From Myxococcales bacterium (lineage in GTDB: Bacteria > Myxococcota_A > UBA9042 > JABWCM01 > BTVJ01): DNA of 64,000 bases. The notes beneath the pieces are model-generated. The model ran no database searches. It was not told the origin of the DNA and saw only the letters and a list, made by a program, of their open reading frames with translations. The position numbers and the translations under genes were made by a program. Location: NCBI GenBank assembly GCA_045863395.1, contig BTVJ01000015.1:1-64000 (forward strand). Reading direction: 5' to 3'. Shown one piece after another: positions 27,788 through 38,576 of the stretch (positions are counted from its first letter, which is position 1; each line of letters begins with the position of its first letter).

Positions 27788-29125
27788 CTACTCTCCCCCC
27801 ACCGTCATGCGCGCGATCTTCAGGGTGGGGCTCGCGACCCGGTCGTCCTCTCGCAGGTCATCCCCCACCAGCTCCACCTGCTTGAGCATGTCTGCCAGAT
27901 TGCCCGCGATGGTCACCTCGTGGACCGGGCGGGCGAGCCTGCCGTCCTCGATCCAGAAGCCCGCTGCGCCCTGCGAGTAGTCGCCCGTGACCAGGTTCAC
28001 GCCGAAGCCGATGAGCTCCGTGACGTAGAGGCCCGAGCGGACGCTGGAGACGATGTCCTCATGGGACGACTTGCCCGGGAGCAGACGCAGGTTGGTCGGC
28101 GCTGCGGTGGGGGAGTCTCCCGTGGACCGCGCCGCGTTGCCCGTGCTGCGGAGGCCCAGCTTGCGGGCGCTGTAGACGTCGAGGATCCAGCTCTCGAGGA
28201 CGCCGTCGCCCACGACGACCGTGCGGCGGGTGGCGAGGCCCTCGCCGTCGAAGGGCTTGCTGCCCGGGCCCCGCTGGATGGTGCCGTCGTCCACGATGGT
28301 CACCAGCGGTGAGGCGACCGGCTGGCCGAGGCGACCGATGAGGAACGACGCGCCCTTGTAGAGGGAGTAGCCGTTGACCGCCCCCGCGAAGTGCGACAGG
28401 AGGCTGCTCGCCGTCTCTGGATCGAACACCACCGGGACGTCCGCGGTGCGCGGCTTGACGGCGCCCATGCGGCGGGCCGTGCGCTCGGCAGCGATGCGGC
28501 CGACCTCCTCGGGGGAGTCGAGCTCCGCCAGAAAGCGCCGCGAGGTGGACCACCAATCGCGGACCATCTGGCCGTCCTTGGCAGCGATGGGCACCGTGTG
28601 GAGGCTGAACCGCGTCGAGCGCCACGCCCCGGCGAACCCGGCCGTGGTAGCGAAGGCGACCGCGCCATCCGAGAAGGAGAACTGGCTGGTCTCCACCTGC
28701 CGGATGTCCGGGTGTGCGAGCGCCGCCGCCTCCACCCGTCGGGCCTGGTCCAGCGCGACGTCGAGGCTGAACGCGTCCGCCGAGGGGTCCGCGAGGTCCA
28801 GGTCCGGTACGCCCCGCGCCAGCTCTGCCTGGTCCGGGAGCCCGGCGGACAGGTCGGCGGCGGTCACTCGCGCGTTGGCGACCGTGACATCGACGAGCAT
28901 GTCCAGGCCCGCGGCCGTCAGGTCCGACGTGGACGCGGTCGCCGACCGGTCCCCGACGAACACCCGGAGCCCCAGGCTCTTCTGCCGCGCCTGCTCGACG
29001 CGCTCGGCATCGCCCTGGCGCACCCGCACCACTGTCGACAGGTTGTCGACTCCGATGACGTCCGCCGCGGTGGCCCCCGCTCCCTTCGCCTGGTTCAGCA
29101 CCCGCTGGAGCAGCTCCTCGATCAT
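27788..29125 (-). CDS. pmbA: TldE/PmbA protein
   Basis: PFDGEGL, GVNLVTGDYSQGAAGFWIEDG and EVTIAGNL. Follows tldD. Confidence 0.93.
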   Translation of the reverse strand: MIEELLQRVLNQAKGAGATAADVIGVDNLSTVVRVRQGDAERVEQARQKSLGLRVFVGDRSATASTSDLTAAGLDMLVDVTVANARVTAADLSAGLPDQAELARGVPDLDLADPSADAFSLDVALDQARRVEAAALAHPDIRQVETSQFSFSDGAVAFATTAGFAGAWRSTRFSLHTVPIAAKDGQMVRDWWSTSRRFLAELDSPEEVGRIAAERTARRMGAVKPRTADVPVVFDPETASSLLSHFAGAVNGYSLYKGASFLIGRLGQPVASPLVTIVDDGTIQRGPGSKPFDGEGLATRRTVVVGDGVLESWILDVYSARKLGLRSTGNAARSTGDSPTAAPTNLRLLPGKSSHEDIVSSVRSGLYVTELIGFGVNLVTGDYSQGAAGFWIEDGRLARPVHEVTIAGNLADMLKQVELVGDDLREDDRVASPTLKIARMTVGGE

Positions 29126-29136
29126 CTCACCCCTCC

Positions 29137-30603
29137 TCAGGCGGACGTCCCACCCACGGTGAGGCCGTCGATCTTGATGGTTGGCAGCCCCACGCCCACA
29201 GGGACTCCCTGCCCGTCCTTGCCGCACACGCCCACGCCCGTGTCGAGCTTCAGGTCGTGACCGACCATGCTGACACGGGTCAGGACGTCGGGCCCGTTGC
29301 CGATGAGCGTCGCGCCCCGGACGGGGCGCCCGATGCGCCCGTCCTCGATGAGGTAGGCCTCTGTGGCGCTGAAGACGAACTTGCCGCTCGTGATGTCCAC
29401 CTGGCCGCCACCAAAGGAGACCGCGTAGAGGCCGCGCTTGACGGAGCGGATCACGTCCTGCGGGTCGCTCTCCCCTGCGAGCATGAAGGTGTTGGTCATT
29501 CGCGGCATGGGGACGTGCGCGAAGCTCTGGCGCCGGCCGTTGCCCGTGGGTGAATGGCCCGAGAGGCGCGAGTTGAGCCGGTCCTGCATGTACCCCCGCA
29601 GGATCCCGCGCTCGATGAGCACCGTGCGCTGGGTGGGTGTGCCCTCGTCGTCCACGTTCAGGGAGCCGCGGCGGCCAGGGATGGTGCCGTCGTCCACGAT
29701 GGTGCACAGCTCGCTGGCGACCCGCTGCCCCAAGAGGCCCGAGAAGGCGCTCGTCCCCTTGCGGTTGAAGTCGCCCTCCAGGCCGTGGCCGATGGCCTCG
29801 TGCAGCAGGATGCCGGGCCACCCCGGGCCCAGCACCACGTCCATGGTGCCGGCCGGCGCGGGCGCCGCGTCGAGGTTCACGAGGGCCTGGCGGGCAGCCT
29901 CCAGTGCCCAGCCGATGGCCGCCTCCTCGGCGCCGTCGAGCGCGACCAGGGCATCGAAGCCCGAGCGCCCGCCGCCACCGGAGCGGCCCACCTGGCGGTT
30001 GCTGCCCTCCTCCGCGATGCACTGCACCGACACGCGGACCAGCGGCCGCACGTCCCCCGTGAGCTGCCCGTCGCGGCGGGCGATGAGCACCACCTTCTGC
30101 TCCAGCGCCACCGTCGCCATCACCTGGGTGATGCGGGGGTCCACCGCGCGCGCCGCCCGGTCCATGGCCTCCAGGACCCCTATCTTGCGGTCCATGGGCT
30201 CGTCCACCGCCGCGCGCTCCACGGGGTAGAGGTCGTGGGCGTGCGGGACAGGCGCGATGGCGACGCTGTGCTGGGGGCCGCCGTGCCGGGCGATGGCGTG
30301 GGCGGTTCGGGCTGCGGCCTCGAGCTGGGGGAGGCCTATCTCGTCGGTGTGGGCATACCCGGTCCGCTCTCCCTCGATGACGCGCACGCCGGCGCCCTGG
30401 TGGACGTCGTGGGTCGCCTTCTTGACGATCCCCTCCTCCAGGCTCAGCGTCTCGCTGACCGTGTGCTCGAAGTAGAGATCGGCGTCGTCCACCGCGCCGG
30501 TGAGGGCCGCGCTCATCACCCGCTCGAGCCCTCGGGGGGCAAGCCCGAAGCGCTCCAGCAGCGCGGTCTCCGTGAACTCGGGGGCGTCTGTTCTGTCGGT
30601 CAT
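29137..30603 (-). CDS. tldD: Metalloprotease TldD
   Basis: GWPGILLHEAIGHGLEGDFNRK, PMPRMTNT and CGKDGQ. Confidence 0.96.
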   Translation of the reverse strand: MTDRTDAPEFTETALLERFGLAPRGLERVMSAALTGAVDDADLYFEHTVSETLSLEEGIVKKATHDVHQGAGVRVIEGERTGYAHTDEIGLPQLEAAARTAHAIARHGGPQHSVAIAPVPHAHDLYPVERAAVDEPMDRKIGVLEAMDRAARAVDPRITQVMATVALEQKVVLIARRDGQLTGDVRPLVRVSVQCIAEEGSNRQVGRSGGGGRSGFDALVALDGAEEAAIGWALEAARQALVNLDAAPAPAGTMDVVLGPGWPGILLHEAIGHGLEGDFNRKGTSAFSGLLGQRVASELCTIVDDGTIPGRRGSLNVDDEGTPTQRTVLIERGILRGYMQDRLNSRLSGHSPTGNGRRQSFAHVPMPRMTNTFMLAGESDPQDVIRSVKRGLYAVSFGGGQVDITSGKFVFSATEAYLIEDGRIGRPVRGATLIGNGPDVLTRVSMVGHDLKLDTGVGVCGKDGQGVPVGVGLPTIKIDGLTVGGTSA

Positions 30604-30791
30604 GGGCTCCTCGCTGCACCGAGTACCGTGGTGCAGGCTGCAAAGATACGCGCCCGCACCGAAAAAGGGCAACTCCGAGGCGGCCCGGGCACCACCACGG
30701 GCGGGCGCAGGCGCCGCGCACCCGAGTTGCCGCTCAGTATGGGGGGGGCTACACTGACAGGGGCGCGGCCTCCGCGCGTCGAGAGGGATCC

Positions 30792-33272
30792 ATGAAGCAT
30801 CTGACCCTGGCATTGCTCCTGGGCGCCGCGATGGTCGCCCCGCCGATCGGCGCTCAGCCCGCGGGGCTCTGGGCGGTGAGCGCGCCCCCCGACGTGCCCC
30901 CGAGCCTGGTCCTCGCCCGGTCCCTCCTGGCGGCCGGAGATCTGGACGGGGCCGGGCGGACCCTGACATCCCTCCTGGAGTCCTACGACGACGCGGTGAC
31001 CGCCGCAGACAAGGGCCTCGCCCGGTACATGCTCGGCACCATCTTCATGGAGCAGCACCGATGGAAGGAGGCAGCGGCGGAGCTGCGCCGCGTCGGTCCC
31101 CTCGCCATCGCCGACCACGCGACGGTGGCCCTGGCGCAGGCGCTCACACACCTGGGCCAGCAGGAGGAGGCGCTCGAGGCCTGGACCCGTGTCGCCCGGG
31201 ACGGGGAGAGCACGCTGCGCCACGAGGCGACCATCCAGCGCGCGCACACGCTCGCGGCCCTCTCGCGTCACGCGGAGGCGCTGACCGCCCTCCGAGAGGT
31301 CCTCGCGCTCTATCCCCGAGCGCCCGCCGCCCGGGAGGCGCGGCTGGCCATCGCCGAGTCGCTGCTGGCGCTGGGGAGGGCCCAGGCGGCGGCGGACGCC
31401 TTCCGGGATGTGGAGCAGGACTGGCCGGGGAGCCACGCGGCGGTGGTCGCGAGCGTCCGTCTGGCCGTCCTCGCCCAGGACGGGGTGACTCCTACGCCGT
31501 GGACGCTGGCTGAGCGCCTCGCCCACGGAAAGCACCTGCGGACCGACAAGCGGTGGGCCGAGGCCATCGCGGAGCTGGACCCCCTGATCGTGGAGCTGGA
31601 GAGGAGCGGCCGCGCTCCGCTGGCGCTGGAGGCACGAAGGGAGGCGGCCCGGGCGGCACAAGGGGCCGAAGACTGGGAGGACGCGCTGCGGCGCTGGCGG
31701 GAGGTCATGGGGCTGCGTCCGAGCGACTGGACGCGAGGGCAGATCGCCGAGTGTCTGGCGCGCTCGGGTCGAATCGCCGAGGCCGCCGCGGAGCACCGCA
31801 AGCGTGGGCGCGGCGCGCTCCCTCAGCTCGCCGAGATGTACTTCCTCGTGGGTGAGTACCAGAAGGCGTGGGAGATCGAGTCCACGCTGCGGCGTGGCGA
31901 CGCGGAGGGGCGCTGGCGGCTGGCCTGGCTCGACTACCAGCGCGGCAAACCCCTGGAGGCGGTGAAGAGGTTCGAGGCGCTGTCGGGGGCCGTCGGTTGG
32001 GAGCGCTCGACCTACTGGCAGGCGCGCGCCTTCGTGAAGGCGGGCAAGCCGAAGCAGGCGATCCCCCTGTTCACGTCCATCGTCGAGCGCGACCCGCTGA
32101 CCTACTACTCGCTGCAGGCGAACAACCGCCTCTACGAGCTGGGGGTGGTGCGCGAGGAGTGGAAGGCGCTGCCACCCGAGCAGCTCCCGGATCTCGAGGC
32201 GACGGGCGCACGGATCCACTGGCCCGCGGCGCCCGTGGAGCTGACGGCGCGGGCCGGCGTGCCTGCGCGGCGCACCCCGCTCGACACGGCACCAGATGAC
32301 CTGCTGGACCGCCTGGCCGCCGACTTCGGGGGGACGCTGCCCGAGCTGCGAAAGGCAGCAGAGCTCGCGCGGGTGGGCCAGCTCGAGGCGGCGCGCGTCG
32401 AGCTGCGCTATGCGATGGCGACGCTGCGCGACCTCAAGGCAGGGGTGCCTGCGCGGTCGTTGGCGGGCGCCGAGCCGAATCTGCTGCACGACAACCGGAG
32501 GGTGGGTGAGAAGGAGGGCCTCTGGGGCATGCGCCTCGGCCACCGCCAGGCGCTGTCCAAGGGCGACGAGGCACGCATCGTCGCGCGACTGGAGCAGGCC
32601 CGAAAGCTTCCAGGCAGTCTCCGCGCAGACATCTCCCTCGCAGCGAGCCGCCTTGGCGACTGGTATCAACTGAGGGCGCACGCGTCGCGCTCGGGCCCCC
32701 TGGGCGCCTGGCCCACCGCCGAGCGCCTGGAGCGCTGGCGGGGCGTCTACCCCCGCGCGTACCCGGAGACCATGGGCTTCTTCACGGATCTCTACGGCAT
32801 GCGGCCGGAGCTGATGTGGGCCGTCATGCGGGTCGAGAGCGCGTTCAACCCGTGGGCGATCTCCATCGCCGGGGCGCGGGGGCTCCTGCAGGTGATGCCG
32901 CGGACGGGGCGCCTCATCGCAGCGAGGACCGGGTACGGCGAGTTCTCCCAGGAGATGCTGCTCGAGCCCGAGATGAGCATCTACTTCGGCACCTGGTACA
33001 TGGGCCAGCTCATCGAGAAGTTCAAGGGGCAGGAGCCGCTGGCCATCACGAGCTACAACACGGGGCCCCACCGCATCGCCTCGTGGCTGGAGCGCAAGGC
33101 GCACATCGCCTACGACGAGTTCCAGGAGGAGACGCCCTACCGGGAGGGCCGCGAGTACACCAAGAAGGTGCTCAAGTACATGCTCCTCTACCGGTGGCTC
33201 TACGAGGGGGTCCAGGTCCTCTACGTGCCCAACCGCCTCGACGGCGAGTTCGCGGACAACATCAACTTCTGA
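30792..33272 (+). CDS. Soluble lytic transglycosylase (SLT) with TPR repeats
   Basis: Signal peptide, helical repeats, MRVESAF, GARGLLQVMP and SYNTG. Confidence 0.92.
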   Translation: MKHLTLALLLGAAMVAPPIGAQPAGLWAVSAPPDVPPSLVLARSLLAAGDLDGAGRTLTSLLESYDDAVTAADKGLARYMLGTIFMEQHRWKEAAAELRRVGPLAIADHATVALAQALTHLGQQEEALEAWTRVARDGESTLRHEATIQRAHTLAALSRHAEALTALREVLALYPRAPAAREARLAIAESLLALGRAQAAADAFRDVEQDWPGSHAAVVASVRLAVLAQDGVTPTPWTLAERLAHGKHLRTDKRWAEAIAELDPLIVELERSGRAPLALEARREAARAAQGAEDWEDALRRWREVMGLRPSDWTRGQIAECLARSGRIAEAAAEHRKRGRGALPQLAEMYFLVGEYQKAWEIESTLRRGDAEGRWRLAWLDYQRGKPLEAVKRFEALSGAVGWERSTYWQARAFVKAGKPKQAIPLFTSIVERDPLTYYSLQANNRLYELGVVREEWKALPPEQLPDLEATGARIHWPAAPVELTARAGVPARRTPLDTAPDDLLDRLAADFGGTLPELRKAAELARVGQLEAARVELRYAMATLRDLKAGVPARSLAGAEPNLLHDNRRVGEKEGLWGMRLGHRQALSKGDEARIVARLEQARKLPGSLRADISLAASRLGDWYQLRAHASRSGPLGAWPTAERLERWRGVYPRAYPETMGFFTDLYGMRPELMWAVMRVESAFNPWAISIAGARGLLQVMPRTGRLIAARTGYGEFSQEMLLEPEMSIYFGTWYMGQLIEKFKGQEPLAITSYNTGPHRIASWLERKAHIAYDEFQEETPYREGREYTKKVLKYMLLYRWLYEGVQVLYVPNRLDGEFADNINF

Positions 33273-33339
33273 CCGGGCGCGCCGCGTCCTGCGTCCGCGG
33301 CCCCTCGACGCTCGGCGCGATCCCGACTCGCGCCCGCCA

Positions 33340-33358
33340 GAGTGGTTTGAAACCACTC
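33340..33358. promoter_or_regulatory. Perfect palindrome, putative operator of the Mo-hydroxylase operon
   Basis: GAGTGGTTT-G-AAACCACTC, upstream of TTGACG-N18-GATGCT (33382-33411). Confidence 0.55.
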
Positions 33359-33448
33359 CCTGGTTCCGCTCCAGTGCGTCGTTGACGCCCCCCGGCGCCC
33401 GGCGGGATGCTGCCCTGGTCTGACGGGCACGCAGCCAAGGAGTCGCGC

Positions 33449-34243
33449 ATGAACAAGTTTCACACCCCTGCAACGGCGCTCGAGGCGGTGCGGCTGCGCA
33501 CCGAGCTGGGCGACGGGGCCGCCTTTCTGGCCGGAGGGACCGAAGTGAACACCCAAGCACAGAGGCCGACGCACCTGATCTCCCTGTCGGGTCTCGGCCT
33601 CGACGGCATCGACGCGGGCACCCGCGACGTGACCATCGGCGCATGCGTGCGCCTTCAGACCCTCGCGGAGTCCACCGAGGTGCCCGAGCCGCTGCGGCGC
33701 GCGGCGGGGCAGCTCGCCAACCGGAACATCCGCAACGCGGCGACCATCGGCGGGCACATCGGCGCGAACAACCCGTGGAGCGATCTGCTGCCCACCCTGC
33801 TGGTGCTGGACGCCCGAGTCGTCATGGTGTCGAGCAGCGGACGCGCCGACCTGGGAATCGAGGACGTGCTCTGTGGGCACCACCCGGGCCTGATCAGCCA
33901 CGTGCGGGTGCCGCGCTCCGTAGAGCGCTTCGCCATGGCGTCCCACCGGCTCGTCGCCAATGACGTCCCCCTGGTCGCCGTCGCCGTCGCGCTCGAGCGC
34001 GGAGGGCAGAGAGACCCGGCGGTCGCCGCCTCCGGAGTCGCAGAGACCGCGATCCGCCTCCCCTGGGTGGAGGACGCGCTGCGCGGGCCCGAGATCGACC
34101 CGGACGCGCTGGAGCTCATGGTCGGCAAGCGCCTGTCACCGCCCGAGGACCTCCGAGGCACCTCGGACTTCAAGCAGCGCATCGCGGGGGTGCTCGTCGC
34201 CCGCTGCGTGCGCGAGCTCCTCGGAGCCGGGGAGGGGCACTAG
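33449..34243 (+). CDS. Molybdenum hydroxylase FAD-binding subunit (YgfM-like)
   Basis: FLAGGTEV, IRNAATIGG and DLRGTSDFK. Confidence 0.9.
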   Translation: MNKFHTPATALEAVRLRTELGDGAAFLAGGTEVNTQAQRPTHLISLSGLGLDGIDAGTRDVTIGACVRLQTLAESTEVPEPLRRAAGQLANRNIRNAATIGGHIGANNPWSDLLPTLLVLDARVVMVSSSGRADLGIEDVLCGHHPGLISHVRVPRSVERFAMASHRLVANDVPLVAVAVALERGGQRDPAVAASGVAETAIRLPWVEDALRGPEIDPDALELMVGKRLSPPEDLRGTSDFKQRIAGVLVARCVRELLGAGEGH

Positions 34244-37099
34244 ATGCGCATCGCGTTCACGCTCAACGGCACGCCCCGCGCCGTGGAGGCCGACGGCGCC
34301 ATGTCGCTCAAGGACCTGCTGCGCCGGGAGGGGCTCACGTCCGTGAAGGCCGGCTGTGACGGCGACGGCACCTGCGGGGCGTGCGCCGTGCTGGTCGACG
34401 GCCGCCTCGTCAACTCCTGCCTGCTGGCCGCGGGCCAGCTCGAGGGGCGCGCCGTGCGGACCGTCGAGGCGATGGCCGGGCCCCGGCGCCTGTCCGTGCT
34501 GCAGGGGGCGTTCGTGGACGCGGGCGTCGTCCAGTGCGGCTACTGCACGCCGGCCATGCTGCTGGCGGTGGAGGAGCTGCTGGCGCGAGAGGAGGCGCCG
34601 GACCGGGCCGCCGTGCGGGACGCCCTCTCGGGCACGTTCTGCCGCTGCACGGGCTACGAGCAGGTCTTCGGGGCGGTGGAGCTGGCGCGGGCGCGCCTCC
34701 GGGACCCCCAGGCACGGCCGGACGTCCCCGAGTTCCGCGACTACCGGATGGTCGGCAAGGTGACCCGCAAGGTGGACGGGCCCATGCTGGCGCGGGGGCA
34801 GGCCGCGTTCGTGGAGGACCGGGTTCGACCAGGGCACGCCTGGCTGAAGGTCCTCGGGAGCCCCCACGCCCACGCCTGCATTCGCAGCATCGACACGGCT
34901 CGCGCAGAGGCGCTCCCCGGAGTCATCCACGTCGTGACGCACCTGAACTGCCCGCCGGTGGAGTACAACCAGGCGGGCCAGGGCTTCCCCGAGCCGAGCC
35001 CCTATGATCGGCGCATGTTCGGGAAGAAGGTGCGGCACGTGGGCGACCGGGTGGCCGCCGTCGTGGCGGAGTCCCTGGAGGTCGCCGAGCGGGCGTTGGG
35101 ACTCATCGACGTCGAGTATGAGGTGCTCCCGCCCGTGCTGACCATCGAGCAGGCGAAGCGGGGGCCTGCCGTTCATGCGGGTCGCGTCGAGTATGTGGTC
35201 GGGGCGCCGGCGGATCTGGACAGGCTCAACGAGACCGCCGATCCCCGGGACGGGCGGATCATCTACCAGTTCCCCATCCACGGGGATCCCCGGCGCAACG
35301 TCGCGGCGGCAGTCTCCGGCGGCATCGGGGACGTGGCGGTAGGGTTCGCCGAGGCCGACGTGATCCTGGAGAGGGAGTATGAGACCTCGCAGGTGCAGAG
35401 CACCCCGCTCGAGCCGCACGTGGTCTACACACGCATGGAGGGGGAGCGCCTCGTCATCCACGGCTCGACGCAGGTGCCGTGGCACCTGCGGCGCATCATC
35501 GCGCGGATCCTGGACGTCCCCGAGAACCGCATCCGCGTGATCAAGGAGCGGACGGGCGGGGCCTTCGGCGCCAAGCAGGACATGGTGTTGGAGGAGGTCG
35601 CCGCGTGGTGCACCTGGGTGACGGGCCGTGACATCCTCTTCCGCTACACCCGGGAGGAGGAGTTCATCGCGTCTCGGACGCGCCACCCCATGAAGATCCG
35701 CGTCAAGCTCGGCGCGCGACGGGACGGGAGCCTGACGGCGATTCAGATGGGCGTCGAGGCCAACACCGGCCCGTATGGGGCGCACTGCCTGACCGTCCCC
35801 ATGAACGCCTGCTCCAAGTCGCTGCCGCTCTTCCTGTGCGACCACGTGCGCTTCGACGTCACCACCTGGTACTCCAACATCCCGCCCACCGGAGCCTATC
35901 AGGGGTACGGCGCCCCGCAGGGCTCCTTCGCGATGCAGCTCGCGATGACCGAGCTGGCCGCCGAGCTGGGACTGGACCCATTGGCGCTCATCGAGAAGAA
36001 CCGGGTCCGCGAGGGCTCCATGCTGGAGATCCTGCGCTGCCTCGGCGAGGGGCGTGAGGGGGCTCCCCAGCGGGTCGCCACCTGCGGGCTGGGGCCGGCC
36101 CTCTCGCAGGGGGCAGAGATGATCCGGTGGGGCGAGCGGGAGCCGCCGGCAGGAGACCTGCGCATCGGCAAGGGAGTGGTCGTCGTGCAGCAGGGGTCGG
36201 GACTCCCGGGCCTCGACTCGGCAAACGCCGCCATCAGCATGTTCGGCGACGGCACCTTCATGCTGCTGTCGGGGGGCACGGACCTCGGCACGGGCCTCGA
36301 CACCGTCACTCTGAAGATGGCTGCCGAGACCCTCTGCGTGCCGCTGGATGCCGTCGCGCTGACCGCCGCCGACACGGACGTGACGCCGTTCGACGTGGGC
36401 GCCTACGCCTCGTCGGGGACGTACTTCTCAGGTGGGGCCGCCCTCAACGCGGCCCTGGAGATGAAGCGGATGCTCCTGGCAGTGGGCGCGGAGCTCCTCA
36501 GCGAGCCACTGGACAACGTGGCGCTGGAGTTTCCCGGGCGCGTGCGGGGGCGCAGCGGCGCGGTCACCTACGAGGACATCGCCCGGCACACCCAGTCGGG
36601 GACCGGGCGAGGGCAGCTCACGGCCGTCGGGCACTTCATCACCGACAAGGGGTCGTTCCCCTATGGCGCCCACTTCGCCCAGGTGGCGGTGGACACCCGC
36701 ACCGGGGCCGTCACGGTGCAGAAGTACTACGCGCTCCAGGACGCGGGGACCCCCGTGAACCCGGAGCTGGCGCTGGGGCAGATCTACGGTGGGGTGCTCA
36801 AGACCATCGGGCACGCGCTCACGGAGGAGCTCGTGCTCGACGAGGGCGGTCGCTGCCTGAACCCAGGGTTCCGGGACTACAGGGTGCCGCAGATCGGAGA
36901 CCTGCCGGCGGACTTCAAGGCGGTCCTCATCGACACCCACGACCCCTTCGGCCCCTTCGGGAGCAAGTCAATCTCTGAGATCTCATGCAACGGAGCGGCT
37001 CCTGTGATCGCGGCGGCCATCCACGACGCCGTCGGCGTCTGGGTGCGCTCGTGGCCCTTCACGCCAGAGAAGGTGCTGCGCGCCATGGGCAGACTGTAG
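34244..37099 (+). CDS. xdhD: Fused 2Fe-2S / molybdopterin-binding subunit (XdhD-like)
   Basis: GCDGDGTCGAC, QCGYCTP, CRCTGY, GGAFGAKQ, AYQGYGAPQ and GAYASSGT. Confidence 0.9.
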   Translation: MRIAFTLNGTPRAVEADGAMSLKDLLRREGLTSVKAGCDGDGTCGACAVLVDGRLVNSCLLAAGQLEGRAVRTVEAMAGPRRLSVLQGAFVDAGVVQCGYCTPAMLLAVEELLAREEAPDRAAVRDALSGTFCRCTGYEQVFGAVELARARLRDPQARPDVPEFRDYRMVGKVTRKVDGPMLARGQAAFVEDRVRPGHAWLKVLGSPHAHACIRSIDTARAEALPGVIHVVTHLNCPPVEYNQAGQGFPEPSPYDRRMFGKKVRHVGDRVAAVVAESLEVAERALGLIDVEYEVLPPVLTIEQAKRGPAVHAGRVEYVVGAPADLDRLNETADPRDGRIIYQFPIHGDPRRNVAAAVSGGIGDVAVGFAEADVILEREYETSQVQSTPLEPHVVYTRMEGERLVIHGSTQVPWHLRRIIARILDVPENRIRVIKERTGGAFGAKQDMVLEEVAAWCTWVTGRDILFRYTREEEFIASRTRHPMKIRVKLGARRDGSLTAIQMGVEANTGPYGAHCLTVPMNACSKSLPLFLCDHVRFDVTTWYSNIPPTGAYQGYGAPQGSFAMQLAMTELAAELGLDPLALIEKNRVREGSMLEILRCLGEGREGAPQRVATCGLGPALSQGAEMIRWGEREPPAGDLRIGKGVVVVQQGSGLPGLDSANAAISMFGDGTFMLLSGGTDLGTGLDTVTLKMAAETLCVPLDAVALTAADTDVTPFDVGAYASSGTYFSGGAALNAALEMKRMLLAVGAELLSEPLDNVALEFPGRVRGRSGAVTYEDIARHTQSGTGRGQLTAVGHFITDKGSFPYGAHFAQVAVDTRTGAVTVQKYYALQDAGTPVNPELALGQIYGGVLKTIGHALTEELVLDEGGRCLNPGFRDYRVPQIGDLPADFKAVLIDTHDPFGPFGSKSISEISCNGAAPVIAAAIHDAVGVWVRSWPFTPEKVLRAMGRL

Positions 37100-37109
37100 G
37101 AGGCGAGAG

Positions 37110-38576
37110 ATGGAGGCGCTGGTCTGCCGCGCGGACTTCCTGCTGCCCGGAGGGGGGGAGAGGATCCGCGACGGCTATGTGCTCTGCGAGGGGGAGCGGA
37201 TCGTCGAGGCGCGACAGTGGACCCCGGAGACGGGAGACAGGCTTCGTGCACGGTTTGGTGAGCAGCTCCAGGTGATCGGGGGGCGGCTGGCGCGCGCCGG
37301 TGAGGAGGTCCCGCGGCTGCGCGGCGTGCTGCTGCCGGCCTTCGTCAAGGCCCACGGTCACGACCACGAGCAGCCGCTCATCGGGATCGCCAAGGACGAG
37401 CCCCTCACCGCGTGGCTCGATCACGCGGTCAACCCCTTCACGGGGTTCATGAACAGAGAGCGGGAGGCGCTGACAGCGGAGCTCGGGTGCTCGCCCCAGC
37501 TCGTCGCCTACCGGATGGCCCGCCTCTGTGACGTCCACTACGGGATCACCGCCTCGCTGGTCCATCACTGCAACTACAACAAGTATCACCTGGAAGACAT
37601 CGCCGCCGCCAACGAGGGGGCGGGCACGACGATGATCTGCGCCGTCGGGTCCCAGGACCGCTTCTACGTGGACGAGATCCTCGACACTCCGGCGGAGGCG
37701 ATTCGGCGCCTGGACGCCGCGTGGGAGCTCGGGAGGGGGCTGCCTCGGACGTCCTTCTGCCCTGGCCCCGACCAGGACTTCTCCAACAGCCGGGCGCTGC
37801 TCGTCCCCCTGAAGCGGTGGGCGCGGGAGCACGGCTCGCTGTTTCACATCCACTCCTCGGAGGAGCCGCGCACCACCGCCTGGTTCCGGGAGACCATCGA
37901 GCCGGGCCTGACCCCGGTGGAGTATCTGCAAGAGATTGACGCGCTCGACGGAGACACCATCGTTGCCCACCAGGTGAACTGCGGGCCCCGCGACGTGGAG
38001 ATCCTGGCGCGGACCAGGGCTCAGGTTGCGCACAACCCGCTGGCCAACACCATCCTGGGCTCGGGGATGCCACCGGTCATGGAGATGCTGAGGGCAGGGG
38101 TGCCGGTCGCCATCTCCACCGACGGGTCCGGCTCGGCGGACAATCAGAACATCCTGGCGGCGGCGCGGCTCGCGGCGCAGTATCAGAAGGCTGCACACCG
38201 CGACGCCACGCTGCTGCCATCGGACCAGCTCCTGGAGATGATCACGTCCGTGCCCGCGCGCATGCTGCGGCTGGAGCAGGGGGCCCTGCGACCGGGACTC
38301 CTGGCCGACTGGATCGTCGTCGGCCTCGACCGTCCCAACCTGACGCCCACGCGGCTCGACAACGTGGTGGAGAACCTGCTCTGGGCGGCCGACGGCTCGG
38401 AGGTGGAGGTGGTGGTCTCCCGCGGGCGCGTGCTGAAGCACGACGGCGCCGTGCTCCCCCTCCACGACGGAACCACTCCGGGGCAACTCATGGACGCCGT
38501 GCAGCACCTCTCGGAGCGCTTCGCGACGTGGCGGCAGACGGCGCCCGCGCTGCGCGGCACGGGGGCCCACCGGTGA
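37110..38576 (+). CDS. Metal-dependent amidohydrolase (SsnA/MtaD/GuaD-like)
   Basis: KAHGH, HIHSSE, VAHNP and STDG. Confidence 0.88.
   Translation: MEALVCRADFLLPGGGERIRDGYVLCEGERIVEARQWTPETGDRLRARFGEQLQVIGGRLARAGEEVPRLRGVLLPAFVKAHGHDHEQPLIGIAKDEPLTAWLDHAVNPFTGFMNREREALTAELGCSPQLVAYRMARLCDVHYGITASLVHHCNYNKYHLEDIAAANEGAGTTMICAVGSQDRFYVDEILDTPAEAIRRLDAAWELGRGLPRTSFCPGPDQDFSNSRALLVPLKRWAREHGSLFHIHSSEEPRTTAWFRETIEPGLTPVEYLQEIDALDGDTIVAHQVNCGPRDVEILARTRAQVAHNPLANTILGSGMPPVMEMLRAGVPVAISTDGSGSADNQNILAAARLAAQYQKAAHRDATLLPSDQLLEMITSVPARMLRLEQGALRPGLLADWIVVGLDRPNLTPTRLDNVVENLLWAADGSEVEVVVSRGRVLKHDGAVLPLHDGTTPGQLMDAVQHLSERFATWRQTAPALRGTGAHR

Noticed and set aside
27788..30603. tldD/pmbA as the protease of the radical SAM cluster
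   Set aside because: They lie about 15 kb away behind unrelated housekeeping genes and are widespread. No evidence of linkage.
30600..33644. Long alternative ORFs such as 30600-33644(-), 4669-7014(+) and the 5' part of 9503-11425(+)
   Set aside because: Shadow ORFs typical of high-GC DNA, opposite well-supported genes and lacking motifs.
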